This document shows positions 1 to 9,298 of a stretch of 64,000 bases of DNA, piece after piece. This DNA is from Actinomycetes bacterium. GTDB lineage: Bacteria > Actinomycetota > Actinomycetes > Actinomycetales > Dermatophilaceae. Position 1 is the stretch's first letter, and each line of letters begins with the position of its first letter. Under the pieces are notes generated by a model that saw only the letters and a program-made list of their open reading frames with translations, searched no databases and had not been told where the DNA came from. The position numbers were made by a program, and so were the translations under genes. The stretch lies in contig JAEZWF010000017.1 of assembly GCA_023420415.1 (NCBI GenBank), positions 39,501 to 103,500 of the forward strand, read 5' to 3'.

Positions 1-867
1 GTCCTCGATCGGCAGCGTGTCGGTGACGATGACCTCCGACGCCTGGCACTCCTTGAGCCGCTCGACGGCCGGGCCCGACAGGATCGCGTGCGTCGCGGCG
101 ATGATGACACCGGCCGCACCGTCCTCCATCAGCGCGTCAGCCGCGTGCGTGATGGTGCCGGCCGTGTCGATCATGTCGTCGACGAGCACGCAGATGCGGC
201 CCTCGACCTCACCGACCACACGGTTGGCCACGGTCTCGTTGGGCCGGTTGATGTCGCGGGTCTTGTGGATGAACGCCAGCGGCGCACCACCCAACCGCTC
301 GGACCACTGCTCGGCCACCTTGATGCGGCCGGCGTCGGGCGAGACCACCGCGAGCTTCTCGTTGCCGTACTTCTCCGCGACGTACTCCGACAGGATCGGC
401 AGCGCCATGAGGTGGTCGACCGGTCCGTCGAAGAAGCCCTGGATCTGCGCCGTGTGCAGGTCGACCGCCATGAGCCGGTCGGCGCCCGCGGTCTTGAACA
501 GGTCGGCCATGAGCCGCGCCGAGATCGGCTCGCGCCCGCGGTGCTTCTTGTCCTGGCGCGCGTACCCGTAGAACGGCAGCACCACGGTGATCCGCTTGGC
601 ACTCGCGCGCTTGAGGGCGTCGATCATGATGAGCTGCTCCATGATCGCCTCGTTGAGCGGCGTGGCGTGGCTCTGGATGACGAACGCGTCCGACCCGCGC
701 ACCGACTCCTCGTAGCGCACGTAGATCTCACCGTTGGCGAAGTCGTAGGCGCTCGTGGGGACGAGGTCGGTGCCGAGCTGCTCTGCGACAGCCTCCGCGA
801 GGGCCGGGTGCGCCCGCCCGGAGAAGACCATGAGGTTCTTCTCGGTGGCCTTCTGGATGCCGGTCAC
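1..867 (-). CDS. prs: Ribose-phosphate pyrophosphokinase (3' end runs off the window)
   Basis: Manual translation from GTG at 867: ...FANGEIYVRYEESVRG...PFYGYARQDKKHRGREPISA...VVSPDAG...VLVDDMIDTAGT. Overlaps the glmU stop (GTGA). Confidence 0.97.
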   Translation of the reverse strand, partial: MTGIQKATEKNLMVFSGRAHPALAEAVAEQLGTDLVPTSAYDFANGEIYVRYEESVRGSDAFVIQSHATPLNEAIMEQLIMIDALKRASAKRITVVLPFYGYARQDKKHRGREPISARLMADLFKTAGADRLMAVDLHTAQIQGFFDGPVDHLMALPILSEYVAEKYGNEKLAVVSPDAGRIKVAEQWSERLGGAPLAFIHKTRDINRPNETVANRVVGEVEGRICVLVDDMIDTAGTITHAADALMEDGAAGVIIAATHAILSGPAVERLKECQASEVIVTDTLPIED

Positions 868-2393
868 GCGTTCGCCTGCCCTTCGCTCGTGGCGTTGTCG
901 GTATGCCGTGTGCTCGCCTCCGCGTCGTCGGTCGCCTTGTCCTGCAACGACTTTGCGCCGCTTGCCTCCTGCGCGGCGGCATGCGTCTTGGTGCCGGCGC
1001 GGGCGCGCTCGACCCAGCCGTCGATGTTGCGCTGACGGCCGCGGGCGACGGCGATCTGTCCGGGCTCGACGCCGTCGGTGACTGCGGAGCCAGCGCCGAC
1101 GTAGGCGCCGTCGGCGATGTCGACCGGCGCGACGAGGACGCTGTTGGACCCGACGAACGAGTGCTTGCCGACGGTCGAGTGGTGCTTCTTCACGCCGTCG
1201 TAGTTGGCGAAGATGGTGCCCGCCCCGATGTTGGCGCCGGCCCCGATGGTGACGTCACCGGCATACGTCAGGTGTGGCACCTTGGCGCCGTCGCCGATCC
1301 TCGCGTTCTTCGTCTCGACGAACCCGCCGATCTTGCCGCCCGCCCCGAGGACGGTGCCGGGGCGCAGGTAGGAGAACGGGCCCACTGTGGCGTCGGGGCC
1401 GATCTCGGCGAGGAGCGCCTCGGTGCGCTTGACCTCGGCGCCATCGCCGACCTCGGTGTCGGTGAGAGTGGTGTCGGGGCCGATAGTGGTGCGCTCACCG
1501 ATGGTGGTGGCGCCGAGCAGCTGGGTGTTCGGCAGGATCGTCGAGTCGCGGCCGATGGTGACGTCGACGTCGACCCACGTGGTCTCGGGGTCGACGATGG
1601 TGACGCCCTCGCGCATCCAGCGCTCGGTGGTGCGACGGTTGAGCTCGCGGCCGAGGCGGGCGAGCTGGACCCGGTCGTTGACGCCCTCGGTCTGCCAGAG
1701 GTCGGCGATGAGGTGAGCGCTGACCCGACCACCGTCGTCGCGGGCGTGGCCGAGGACGTCGGTGAGGTACTTCTCGCCCTGGGCGTTGTCGGTGCCGACC
1801 TTGGCGAGGTTGTCGCGCAGGGTGGTGGCGTCGAACGCGTAGATGCCCGAGTTGATCTCGGTGATCGCGAGCTGGTCGGGGCTGGCGTCCTTCTGCTCGA
1901 CGATGCCGCTGACCGAGCCGTCGGCGTCGCGCAGGACGCGGCCGTAACCGGTCGGGTCTTCGAGGTGGGCGGTGATGACGGTGACGGCGCTCTGGGTGGA
2001 CTCGTGCTCGTCGACGAGGGAGCGCAGGGTGTCGGCGGTGAGCAGCGGCACGTCGCCGTAGGTGACCAGGACGGTGCCCTCGATGTCGGCCGGGAGGACC
2101 TCGAGCGCACACTCGGTCGCGCGACCGGTGCCCTTCACGTCGTCCTGGTCGGCGATGACCGCGTCCGGGTCGAACTCGCTGATGTGGGCCGCGACGAGGT
2201 CGCGCTCGTGGCGGACCACGACTGCGAGGTGCCGGGGGGCGAGCCCGCGGGCCGCGGCAATCGCGTGCCCGACGAGGGTGCGGCCACCGATGCGGTGCAG
2301 GACCTTGGGAGTGGCTGACTTCATCCGGGTGCCCTCACCTGCGGCGAGGACGATGACGGCGGCGATCCGGTTGCCGGCCGGGGTGGTGCTCAC
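864..2393 (-). CDS. glmU: Bifunctional UDP-GlcNAc pyrophosphorylase / glucosamine-1-phosphate N-acetyltransferase
   Basis: LAAGEGTRMKS..PKVLH motif, GVNDRVQL, hexapeptide repeats, GAGTIFANYDG; adjacent to prs. Confidence 0.97.
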   Translation of the reverse strand: MSTTPAGNRIAAVIVLAAGEGTRMKSATPKVLHRIGGRTLVGHAIAAARGLAPRHLAVVVRHERDLVAAHISEFDPDAVIADQDDVKGTGRATECALEVLPADIEGTVLVTYGDVPLLTADTLRSLVDEHESTQSAVTVITAHLEDPTGYGRVLRDADGSVSGIVEQKDASPDQLAITEINSGIYAFDATTLRDNLAKVGTDNAQGEKYLTDVLGHARDDGGRVSAHLIADLWQTEGVNDRVQLARLGRELNRRTTERWMREGVTIVDPETTWVDVDVTIGRDSTILPNTQLLGATTIGERTTIGPDTTLTDTEVGDGAEVKRTEALLAEIGPDATVGPFSYLRPGTVLGAGGKIGGFVETKNARIGDGAKVPHLTYAGDVTIGAGANIGAGTIFANYDGVKKHHSTVGKHSFVGSNSVLVAPVDIADGAYVGAGSAVTDGVEPGQIAVARGRQRNIDGWVERARAGTKTHAAAQEASGAKSLQDKATDDAEASTRHTDNATSEGQANA

Positions 2394-2507
2394 GCGCGGA
2401 CGCTCCAGTGGGTCGGGGGCGGCGGTCGGCTCATGCTACCCGCCGGTCGGTATGCCGCTCGCCCGGCTGCTGCTGTGGCCTGCGTCCTCACCTGCTGCGC
2501 CGGTTGC

Positions 2508-2640
2508 GCACTTCGGGCCACTCAGGGCTGATGCGCGGCCCGACATGACGCCTCCGTGGCCCGAAGTCGCTGCGCCGTCGCACTTCGGGCCATCCAGGAC
2601 TGATGTGCGGGCCGACATGAGGCCTCCGTGGCCCGAAGTC
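2508..2640. repeat. Two tandem ~61-bp units (period 72), each bounded by inverted repeats ACTTCGGGCCA...TGGCCCGAAGT (REP/REPIN-like)
   Basis: Units at 2508-2568 and 2580-2640 are similar throughout and have inverted ends. Confidence 0.85.
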
Positions 2641-2647
2641 GGGCCAG

Positions 2648-3394
2648 TCAGCTCCAAGTCAGGAACGACGAGGAGCCGCTGCCCGGCGTCGCAGCGCGCC
2701 AGTAGCGGTCGGCAAGCCGTCGGAAGTCGTCAGGCGCGATGGCGAGCAGGTTGCATCGGATCCGCACGGTGTCACGGTGCCGCCCACCGGGACTCGCGAT
2801 CGCGCCACGCAGCACGATGTCGTCGGGGCGCGCGGGGTGCCACCGGTTGGAGGTGGGCTTGTTATCGACCGACCGCAAGTCCTGCCACGCAAGCCTCCAC
2901 CGCGGACGACGCCGGCGCCAGATACCCGTGTTGTCGAGGCACAGCTCGTAGCTGCGCCCCCACCACCAGTACCCGATCACCATGAGCGACAGGGCGCCGA
3001 CCACCACGGCCGGGGCTCGGAGCCCGTCCAGCGCCATACCCACCGCAGTCATCCAGATGAGCAGCGTCAGGAGGAGTGGCACCACTCGCACGGCCGCCCG
3101 CGGCCGCAGCACCACTCCCCTCTCACGTGGCTTCGCGCCGAACGGTGTCGTCACGACGCCCCGCGACTCCAGTTCCCGCCGTAGCGCCTCGTCGCGGGCA
3201 ATACCGGCTCGCGCCCAGACCAGTGCCGCCACACTGGCCGCCACCAGCACCACGCCAACAGTGAGTAGCGGCACCCACGTCGCACCGTCCCGGCTGATCG
3301 CGGCCTTGACTGCGCCGATGGTGAACGCCAGTCCGATGGACACCCCCAGGGAGGCAGCCACGGGTAGCCCACGCTGCACCGCCCGCCTGCTCAT
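2648..3394 (-). CDS. Hypothetical membrane protein (about four hydrophobic segments plus a soluble C-terminal domain)
   Basis: 248-aa ORF with hydrophobic segments, preceded by a GAGGGTGG RBS-like sequence; no family recognised. Confidence 0.6.
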   Translation of the reverse strand: MSRRAVQRGLPVAASLGVSIGLAFTIGAVKAAISRDGATWVPLLTVGVVLVAASVAALVWARAGIARDEALRRELESRGVVTTPFGAKPRERGVVLRPRAAVRVVPLLLTLLIWMTAVGMALDGLRAPAVVVGALSLMVIGYWWWGRSYELCLDNTGIWRRRRPRWRLAWQDLRSVDNKPTSNRWHPARPDDIVLRGAIASPGGRHRDTVRIRCNLLAIAPDDFRRLADRYWRAATPGSGSSSFLTWS

Positions 3395-3481
3395 CCCACC
3401 CTCACCACGACGCGCAACCTACCCTCCAGCGCGCGGCGAGCTCGCAGGCGCTGCCGGCCGCTCGGCATACCCCTCCGCTCT

Positions 3482-3862
3482 TCATTCCAGCCCGGGCGGA
3501 TCAGGTTCCAGTTTGGCTGAGGCGAAGGCGATTCCGGTCGGCCAGTCCTGAGGGTCCAGGTGCCGACTGGGGTCCACGCCGTGCTCCAGCATGCGGCGGA
3601 CCATGTGATGAGTGGCGGCGCGGGCTCGATCCCCGGGCTCGTACACCGAACCGGACGCATACTCGGTGGGCTCCGCGCGGCCTCCGTCGGCCACGCGCTG
3701 CGCGATCTCGGCTCGAACCTGCTCCATCGCCTCGAGAAACTCCGCCTCGGTGTCGTAGACGCCGACGACGACATGGCGGCGCTCGTGGCGGTCGGGGTCG
3801 AAGCGGTAGTGACGCACGACGAACCGCCGGATGGTGTCGTCGTCGATGTCCACCTGCGCCAT
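3482..3862 (-). CDS. Hypothetical protein
   Basis: 126-aa ATG ORF with GC3-rich codons and normal amino-acid composition. Confidence 0.7.
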   Translation of the reverse strand: MAQVDIDDDTIRRFVVRHYRFDPDRHERRHVVVGVYDTEAEFLEAMEQVRAEIAQRVADGGRAEPTEYASGSVYEPGDRARAATHHMVRRMLEHGVDPSRHLDPQDWPTGIAFASAKLEPDPPGLE

Positions 3863-3922
3863 CGGTAGAGGCTACGACGATCCTGCGACCGGCCGCTTGG
3901 CTTGCTTCCTCGGACGCAGTTT

Positions 3923-3964
3923 CGGGATGCCAGAGGCGCAGTATGCCGCGCCCCTGGCATCCCG
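3923..3964. repeat. 42-bp palindromic element with the GTATGCCG octamer at the loop (copy 1); possible terminator downstream of tRNA-Gln
   Basis: CGGGATGCCAGAGGCGC-AGTATGCC-GCGCCCCTGGCATCCCG, 17-bp arms with one mismatch; second copy at 36434-36473. Confidence 0.85.
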
Positions 3965-4007
3965 TAGCTCTACTGCCCCCGGGTCTCCCACTCACTTCTT
4001 TCGTCTG

Positions 4008-4086
4008 CTCCCCGGGTAGGAATCGAACCTACGTCGCTTGTCCTGATTCAAAGTCAGGCGGGCCCTGCCAGCAGACCAACCGGGGA
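4008..4086 (-). tRNA. tRNA-Gln (anticodon TTG), CCA not encoded
   Basis: Acceptor stem TCCCCGG/CCGGGGA, anticodon arm CCTGA-CTTTGAA-TCAGG, T arm GTAGG-TTCGATT-CCTAC; usual actinobacterial position upstream of glmU. Confidence 0.9.
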
Positions 4087-4194
4087 ACGCCCCGCAAAGG
4101 GCAACCCACAGGTTATCGGGGCGCAGAGCGGGTAGCTGACACCCACACGACTGGGCCGATGCGCCGCAGCCTCCTCCGAGCCGCGGAGGATGAC

Positions 4195-4229
4195 ACCTAC
4201 GGGACCGTAGGTTACGGTTTCGTAGGTTA
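4195..4229. promoter_or_regulatory. Candidate tandem operator upstream of the desaturase
   Basis: Palindrome ACCTACGG-GA-CCGTAGGT followed by a second CGTAGGTTA half-site 15 bp later. Confidence 0.55.
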
Positions 4230-4266
4230 GGTGAACGCCCGTGGCCCCGACGGAAAGGTCCTCGCC

Positions 4267-5226
4267 ATGACGACCGTGGCCCCCTCCGCACAGACCTCCG
4301 CACCCGAGCAGGTCCCGGATCCCCGCACCGTCGAGCCGGAGCACAAGCGCACGGGCGAGCAGGTCACCCTCGCCCTCTTCATCGGCGTCCCGTTCCTCGC
4401 CCTGCTCGCGGCCATCCCGGTCGCATGGGGCTGGGGCCTCGGCTGGCGCGACATCGTCATCGCCGCCTTCATGTACATCATCTCCGGCCACGGCATCACC
4501 GTCGGCTTCCACCGCTTCTTCACCCATGGCTCGTTCAAGGCTAAGCGCGGGCTCAAGGTCGCCCTCGCCGTCGCCGGCTCGCTCGCCATCGAAGGCCCGG
4601 TCGTGCGCTGGGTCGCCGACCACCGCCGCCACCACGCCTTCTCCGACCGCGACGGCGACCCGCACAGCCCGTGGCGCTACGGCGAGACGATCCCGGCGCT
4701 CATGAAGGGCCTGTGGTGGGCGCACATCGGCTGGCTCTTCGACGTCGAGCAGACGCCACGCAACAAGTACGCCCCAGACCTCTTGGCAGACAAGGACATC
4801 CAGAAGGTCGACAAGGCCTTCCCGTGGCTGGTCGCCACCTCGATGCTCCTGCCCCCGCTCATCGGCGGACTCTGGTCGATGAGCTGGCAGGGTGCCCTCA
4901 CCGCCTTCTTCTGGGGCTCACTCGTCCGCGTCGCACTGCTCCACCACGTCACGTGGTCGATCAACTCGATCTGCCACGCCCTCGGCGAGCGGCCGTTCAA
5001 GAGCCGTGACAAGTCCGGCAACGTCTGGTGGCTGGCTGTCCTGTCCATGGGCGAGTCCTGGCACAACCTGCACCACGCCGACCCCACCTGCGCGCGCCAC
5101 GGCGTCGAGAAGGGTCAGATCGACTCCAGCGCCCGCATCATCTGGGCGTTCGAGAAGCTCGGCTGGGCCCATGACGTCCGCTGGCCCGTCGCCAAGCGCA
5201 TCGACGCCCGCCGGCTCACCGCCTGA
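4267..5226 (+). CDS. Acyl-CoA / fatty acid (delta-9-like) desaturase
   Basis: His boxes HRFFTH, HRRHH, HNLHH; GGAAAGG RBS before ATG 4267. Confidence 0.93.
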   Translation: MTTVAPSAQTSAPEQVPDPRTVEPEHKRTGEQVTLALFIGVPFLALLAAIPVAWGWGLGWRDIVIAAFMYIISGHGITVGFHRFFTHGSFKAKRGLKVALAVAGSLAIEGPVVRWVADHRRHHAFSDRDGDPHSPWRYGETIPALMKGLWWAHIGWLFDVEQTPRNKYAPDLLADKDIQKVDKAFPWLVATSMLLPPLIGGLWSMSWQGALTAFFWGSLVRVALLHHVTWSINSICHALGERPFKSRDKSGNVWWLAVLSMGESWHNLHHADPTCARHGVEKGQIDSSARIIWAFEKLGWAHDVRWPVAKRIDARRLTA

Positions 5227-5246
5227 CCGTTACCCCGGCAACAACC

Positions 5247-6038
5247 TCACCCGGCGTCGGCCACCAGCTGCCGGAACCGCAACACCTCCGGACGCTGCCA
5301 GTCGACGTGGTCGTTTCGCCACCCCACAAGGTCGCGAAAGTCCTTGTCGTCATTGGCCATCGCGTGCCCGATCACCCGATCCGGGGGTATGTCGTAGGTC
5401 CGCTCCAGCCACGCGACCAACTCTGCACCAGCAGTCGCCTGCGCCCGCCGCGACAGGATCTGCTGCGTAGCCCAGCGAGGCGAGTTGCCTTGCGACGACT
5501 GGACGAACTCCACACCGATCGCCTCCTGGTTGAGCCCGATCGTGTGCCGGCACGCGGTCGTCGGGGGCACCAGCTCGCGGATCACGCCCACCTGGTCGAC
5601 GACGTAGTGGGCACACGTGCCGGGCCGCTCCCCCAGGTTCGGCCGATTGGCCGCGAAGACCGATCGCACCGACTCGTACGTGTCGCTCTCGCTGTAGTGC
5701 AGCACCACCATCCGCGGCTCGAGCTTCCATGTCGCCTTCCCCGCGTGGCGCTTCAGGTATGCCGCGGTGTCGGCCTTGCGCTTGGCGCCGAACGGGATTG
5801 GGTCGCGAACGATCGGTGGTGCAGCGGGTGCGACGGTCGTCGTCGGCGGCGCGGCTGTCGGCGTCGCCGGTGTCGTCACACCGGTCGCGGTCGGTCCTGC
5901 GGCCGGCCTGCTCTCCACGTGCGGCAGGCGATCGGACACCACCACCCCGCCGGCGATGACCGCCCCCAGCAGCACGGCCGACACGGCAGCGCGGCGCGTC
6001 GCCGCGGCATACCTGTCCCTGCCCTTCACCCGGTCCAC
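5247..6038 (-). CDS. N-acetylmuramoyl-L-alanine amidase (Amidase_2-like), membrane-anchored or secreted
   Basis: VVLHYS...AHYVVD..G.I.ELV...HT.GLN..AIGVEF...VIGH motifs; N-terminal hydrophobic segment and Pro/Thr linker. Confidence 0.85.
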   Translation of the reverse strand: MDRVKGRDRYAAATRRAAVSAVLLGAVIAGGVVVSDRLPHVESRPAAGPTATGVTTPATPTAAPPTTTVAPAAPPIVRDPIPFGAKRKADTAAYLKRHAGKATWKLEPRMVVLHYSESDTYESVRSVFAANRPNLGERPGTCAHYVVDQVGVIRELVPPTTACRHTIGLNQEAIGVEFVQSSQGNSPRWATQQILSRRAQATAGAELVAWLERTYDIPPDRVIGHAMANDDKDFRDLVGWRNDHVDWQRPEVLRFRQLVADAG

Positions 6039-6052
6039 GCTACGGCGCAGGC

Positions 6053-6712
6053 ATGATGGACACCGTGACCGACGCCCCCAGGAAGCAGCCGTCCTCCTCC
6101 GCCCGCTCCCGGATGACCGGCAAGCAGCGGCGTGAGCAGTTGATCGAGGTGGGTCGGAAGCTCTTTGCCGACAAGGGTTTCGAGGGCACCTCGGTCGAGG
6201 AGATCGCCGCCAAGGCGAGCGTGTCCAAGCCGGTCGTCTACGAGCACTTCGGGGGCAAGGAGGGCCTGTATGCCGTGGTGGTCGACCGCGAGATCGCGGC
6301 GCTCCTGGGCGGCATCACCGGCACGCTGAGCGCCGAGCTGGGTGCCCGCGAGACGCTCGAGCGCGCCGCCATGGCGCTGCTCGACTACATCGAGACGAAC
6401 ACCGACGGCTTCCGGATTCTGGTGCGCGACAGCCCGCCCGGGCAGTCGACCGGATCGTTCGCGAGCCTCATCTCGGACGTCGCGAGCCAGGTCGAGCACA
6501 TCCTCGCCGCCGAGTTCAAGCGGCGAAAGCTCGACCCGAAGTCCGCGCCGCTCTACGCGCAGATGCTCGTCGGCATGGTCGCACTCACGGGTCAGTGGTG
6601 GCTCGACTCGCCCAAGATGAAGAAGTCCGACGTCGCCGCCCACCTCGTCAACCTCGCGTGGAACGGCCTCGCCGGGCTCGAGAAGAAACCGGGCCTCATC
6701 TCCGAACGCTGA
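6053..6712 (+). CDS. TetR/AcrR family transcriptional regulator
   Basis: LFADKGFEGTSVEEIAAKASVSKPVVYEHFGGKEGL helix-turn-helix. Confidence 0.95.
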   Translation: MMDTVTDAPRKQPSSSARSRMTGKQRREQLIEVGRKLFADKGFEGTSVEEIAAKASVSKPVVYEHFGGKEGLYAVVVDREIAALLGGITGTLSAELGARETLERAAMALLDYIETNTDGFRILVRDSPPGQSTGSFASLISDVASQVEHILAAEFKRRKLDPKSAPLYAQMLVGMVALTGQWWLDSPKMKKSDVAAHLVNLAWNGLAGLEKKPGLISER

Positions 6713-6734
6713 TCGAGGAGCGCTGACGCGGCGG

Positions 6735-7094
6735 CTAGACCTGCTGGAACTCGACCCGGTTGCCCACCGGGTCAGCCGTGTGGAACCGACGCACCCCTGG
6801 CACGTTGTCGTCCCACGTGACCGAGCCACCTCGCGCAGCAACAGCTTCCGCGATGGCGTCGACGTCGTCGACGGCAAGTGCCGGATGCGCCTTGAGTGCC
6901 GGCGAGAACGGCTCCTCCACACCGCAGTGCAGCTCCTGGGTCCCGACCCGGAACCACACACCACCGCGCGCCGCGAGGACGGGCGGCTTCGGGATCTCCG
7001 GCAGCCCGACCAGCTCGCCGTAGAAGCCGCGCAGCGCATCCTCACTCCCGGCCGGGCAGGCGACCTGCACGTGGTGCAGGCCGACCACGCTCAT
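6735..7094 (-). CDS. VOC/glyoxalase family protein
   Basis: MSVVGLHHVQV...FYG.LVGL.E...HPAL.V...DPVGNRVEF; ATG overlaps the tam stop. Confidence 0.9.
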   Translation of the reverse strand: MSVVGLHHVQVACPAGSEDALRGFYGELVGLPEIPKPPVLAARGGVWFRVGTQELHCGVEEPFSPALKAHPALAVDDVDAIAEAVAARGGSVTWDDNVPGVRRFHTADPVGNRVEFQQV

Positions 7095-7906
7095 CGGCCA
7101 CCGTCCGGACGCTGGGCGACGACGAAGAGCCGCCGGAACGGGAAGACCACACCCGCCTCGCTGCGTGGGTATGCCGTCTTGAGCCTCGCGCCGTACTCCG
7201 CCAGGAACGCCTGCCGCGCCTCGTCGTCGTCGCCGAACGACTCGACCACCGGACGCAGGCCGGTGCCGCGCACCCACTCGAGCACCGGATTGTCCTGTGC
7301 CCCTTCGGGATCCAGCACATGGAAGTAGGTCGTCTCCCACCCGTCGACGTCAAGGCCGGCGCGAGTCAGCACGGTCAGGTAGTCCTCGACCGACGGCACG
7401 CGCAGACGGTCCAGGTCGTCGCCCAGGGCGGCCGGCGCGGCATACCCCCTCGCCACCTCACGCATGATCGCGTGCGACGGGGCGTCGATGTTGCCGGGCA
7501 CCTGGTTGGCGAACCAGCCGCCGGGGGCGAGGGAGTCCGCCCAGGGTCCGATGAGGTCGAGGTGGCCCGGCACCCACTGCAGGGTCGCGTTCGTGACGAG
7601 TACGTCGATGGGGGCACCCACCGTCGCCGGGTCCCACGCGGCGACGTCGGCCTCGACCCACTCGACCCGCCCCTGTGCGTCCTGCGATCGCGCGGACTCG
7701 AGCATCTGGGGCGAGTGGTCGACACCGATTACCCGGGCGTCCGGCCAGCGCTGGGCCAGGGCAAGGGTCAGCGGGCCGTGGCCGCACCCCAGGTCGACCA
7801 CCACCGCCGGGTCGGTGGCGCCGATGCGACCGGTGAGGTCGAAGAACGGGCGCGACCGGTGGTCGGCGAACTTGGCGTACTGCGTCGGGTCCCAGGTCGT
7901 GCTCAT
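7091..7906 (-). CDS. tam: Trans-aconitate 2-methyltransferase
   Basis: WDPTQY..F...RSRPFFDL, VVDLGCGHG, NATLQWVP, C-terminal FPFRRLFVVA; divergent from a MarR gene. Confidence 0.9.
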   Translation of the reverse strand: MSTTWDPTQYAKFADHRSRPFFDLTGRIGATDPAVVVDLGCGHGPLTLALAQRWPDARVIGVDHSPQMLESARSQDAQGRVEWVEADVAAWDPATVGAPIDVLVTNATLQWVPGHLDLIGPWADSLAPGGWFANQVPGNIDAPSHAIMREVARGYAAPAALGDDLDRLRVPSVEDYLTVLTRAGLDVDGWETTYFHVLDPEGAQDNPVLEWVRGTGLRPVVESFGDDDEARQAFLAEYGARLKTAYPRSEAGVVFPFRRLFVVAQRPDGGR

Positions 7907-7929
7907 CGTCGTGTCTCCTGCGTCCGATT

Positions 7930-7947
7930 TATCTTGATATCAAGATA
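7930..7947. promoter_or_regulatory. TamR/UrtR-type MarR operator palindrome
   Basis: Perfect 18-bp palindrome TATCTTGATATCAAGATA between divergent tam and marR, followed by a further CTTGAT half-site. Confidence 0.85.
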
Positions 7948-7973
7948 CTTGATGGAGAGTAGAGTTGTCACCC

Positions 7974-8513
7974 ATGGAGCCGCAACCCGACGACGTCGAC
8001 CGGATCGTCGACGCGTGGCGCCGCGAACGCCCCGACCTCGACGTCGAACCGCTGCACGTCCTGTCGCGCATCTCGCGACTCGCGCGCCGCCTCGACCTCG
8101 ACCGGGTCCAGGCGTTCGCCCAGCACGACCTCGAGGGCTGGGAGTTCGACGTGCTGTCCGCCCTGCGCCGCGCGGGCGACCCCTACGAACTCTCCCCCGG
8201 CCAGCTCGTACGCCAGACCCTCGTCACCAGCGGCACGATGACCAACCGGGTCGACCGACTCGAGCGCCGCGGCCTCGTCGAGCGCAGCCCGAGCCCCACC
8301 GACCGGCGCGGCGTCATCGTGCGACTCACCGACGAGGGCGCGCGTACCGTCGATGCCGCGATGGCCGACCTGCTGACCCGCGAGCGGTCGCTCCTCGGCG
8401 AGCTCTCCGGGCGAGACCGCAGCGACCTCGCTGACAAGCTGCGCCGCCTGCTTGGCCCTTTCGAGAGTGACGCACCGGCACCAGAGGCCAATGGCACCAA
8501 GGAGATTCGGTGA
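7974..8513 (+). CDS. tamR: MarR family regulator, TamR/UrtR type
   Basis: D.VDRIV..W..ERPDLD N-terminal helix, EFDVL.ALRR.G.PY.LSP, SGTMTNRVDRLE, DRRGV.V.LT. Confidence 0.85.
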   Translation: MEPQPDDVDRIVDAWRRERPDLDVEPLHVLSRISRLARRLDLDRVQAFAQHDLEGWEFDVLSALRRAGDPYELSPGQLVRQTLVTSGTMTNRVDRLERRGLVERSPSPTDRRGVIVRLTDEGARTVDAAMADLLTRERSLLGELSGRDRSDLADKLRRLLGPFESDAPAPEANGTKEIR

Positions 8514-9298
8514 GGTTCCGCACCATCCGGCACACGCGGCATACCCGGCGCACCCCGCAGACTCGGGCCGCTGCGGTGGCGACCCTCGTCCTCGCGGCAA
8601 CGACCGCCCTGACCGCCTGCTCGTCCGGGGACGACACCACGGCCCCCAGCCCGAGCACCAGCACACAAGCCAGCGCGCCTGCGACGCCGACGACGACCTC
8701 CAGCGCGACAGTGGGCCCACCGGCCCCCTCGCCCAGCGCCACAGCCGCCCCGAGCACCACCGTCGCTCCCGGCGACCCGGTCGCGGGTGAGCGTGGCCTC
8801 GAGGCGCTGCTGCCCGAGGGCGCGATGGCCAAGGTCGGCTACACCTACACCCAGCAACCCAAGGCCGGGATTTGGGCGTGGTACGACCCGTGTGGCGGCC
8901 GGCTGCCGTCCAACGCCCAGATCACCGGTGGCGCACACGCGCGCTGGACCGACAGCGCCAGCACGATCGACCAGGTCGTCGCCTACTACCCCAACGACGG
9001 CGCCGCCGAGGCCGTCAGCCAGGCAGAGGCGCTGACCAAGTGCACGGACTGGACCTTCCCCGACGGCACCAAGGTCACCGGGGTCAAGCCGATCACGCTG
9101 GACAAGGTCGGCGGGCTGACGGGCCAGTTCAGCTGGTGCGAGACGATCAAGGCGGTCACGCGGTGCACGGCTGTCGTCTCGGCGGGCAACACCGTGACCC
9201 GCCTCTGGGTGCTCGGCAACCCGGCGGCCGAGGCACAGCAGACCATCAAGACCTTCGCGACGCTGGCCTCCGCGCGGATCCTCAGCCAGCCGAGCTGA
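8510..9298 (+). CDS. Putative lipoprotein with a Ser/Thr/Pro linker and a Cys-containing extracellular domain
   Basis: Lipobox LTAC after a hydrophobic stretch. Confidence 0.75.
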   Translation: MRFRTIRHTRHTRRTPQTRAAAVATLVLAATTALTACSSGDDTTAPSPSTSTQASAPATPTTTSSATVGPPAPSPSATAAPSTTVAPGDPVAGERGLEALLPEGAMAKVGYTYTQQPKAGIWAWYDPCGGRLPSNAQITGGAHARWTDSASTIDQVVAYYPNDGAAEAVSQAEALTKCTDWTFPDGTKVTGVKPITLDKVGGLTGQFSWCETIKAVTRCTAVVSAGNTVTRLWVLGNPAAEAQQTIKTFATLASARILSQPS

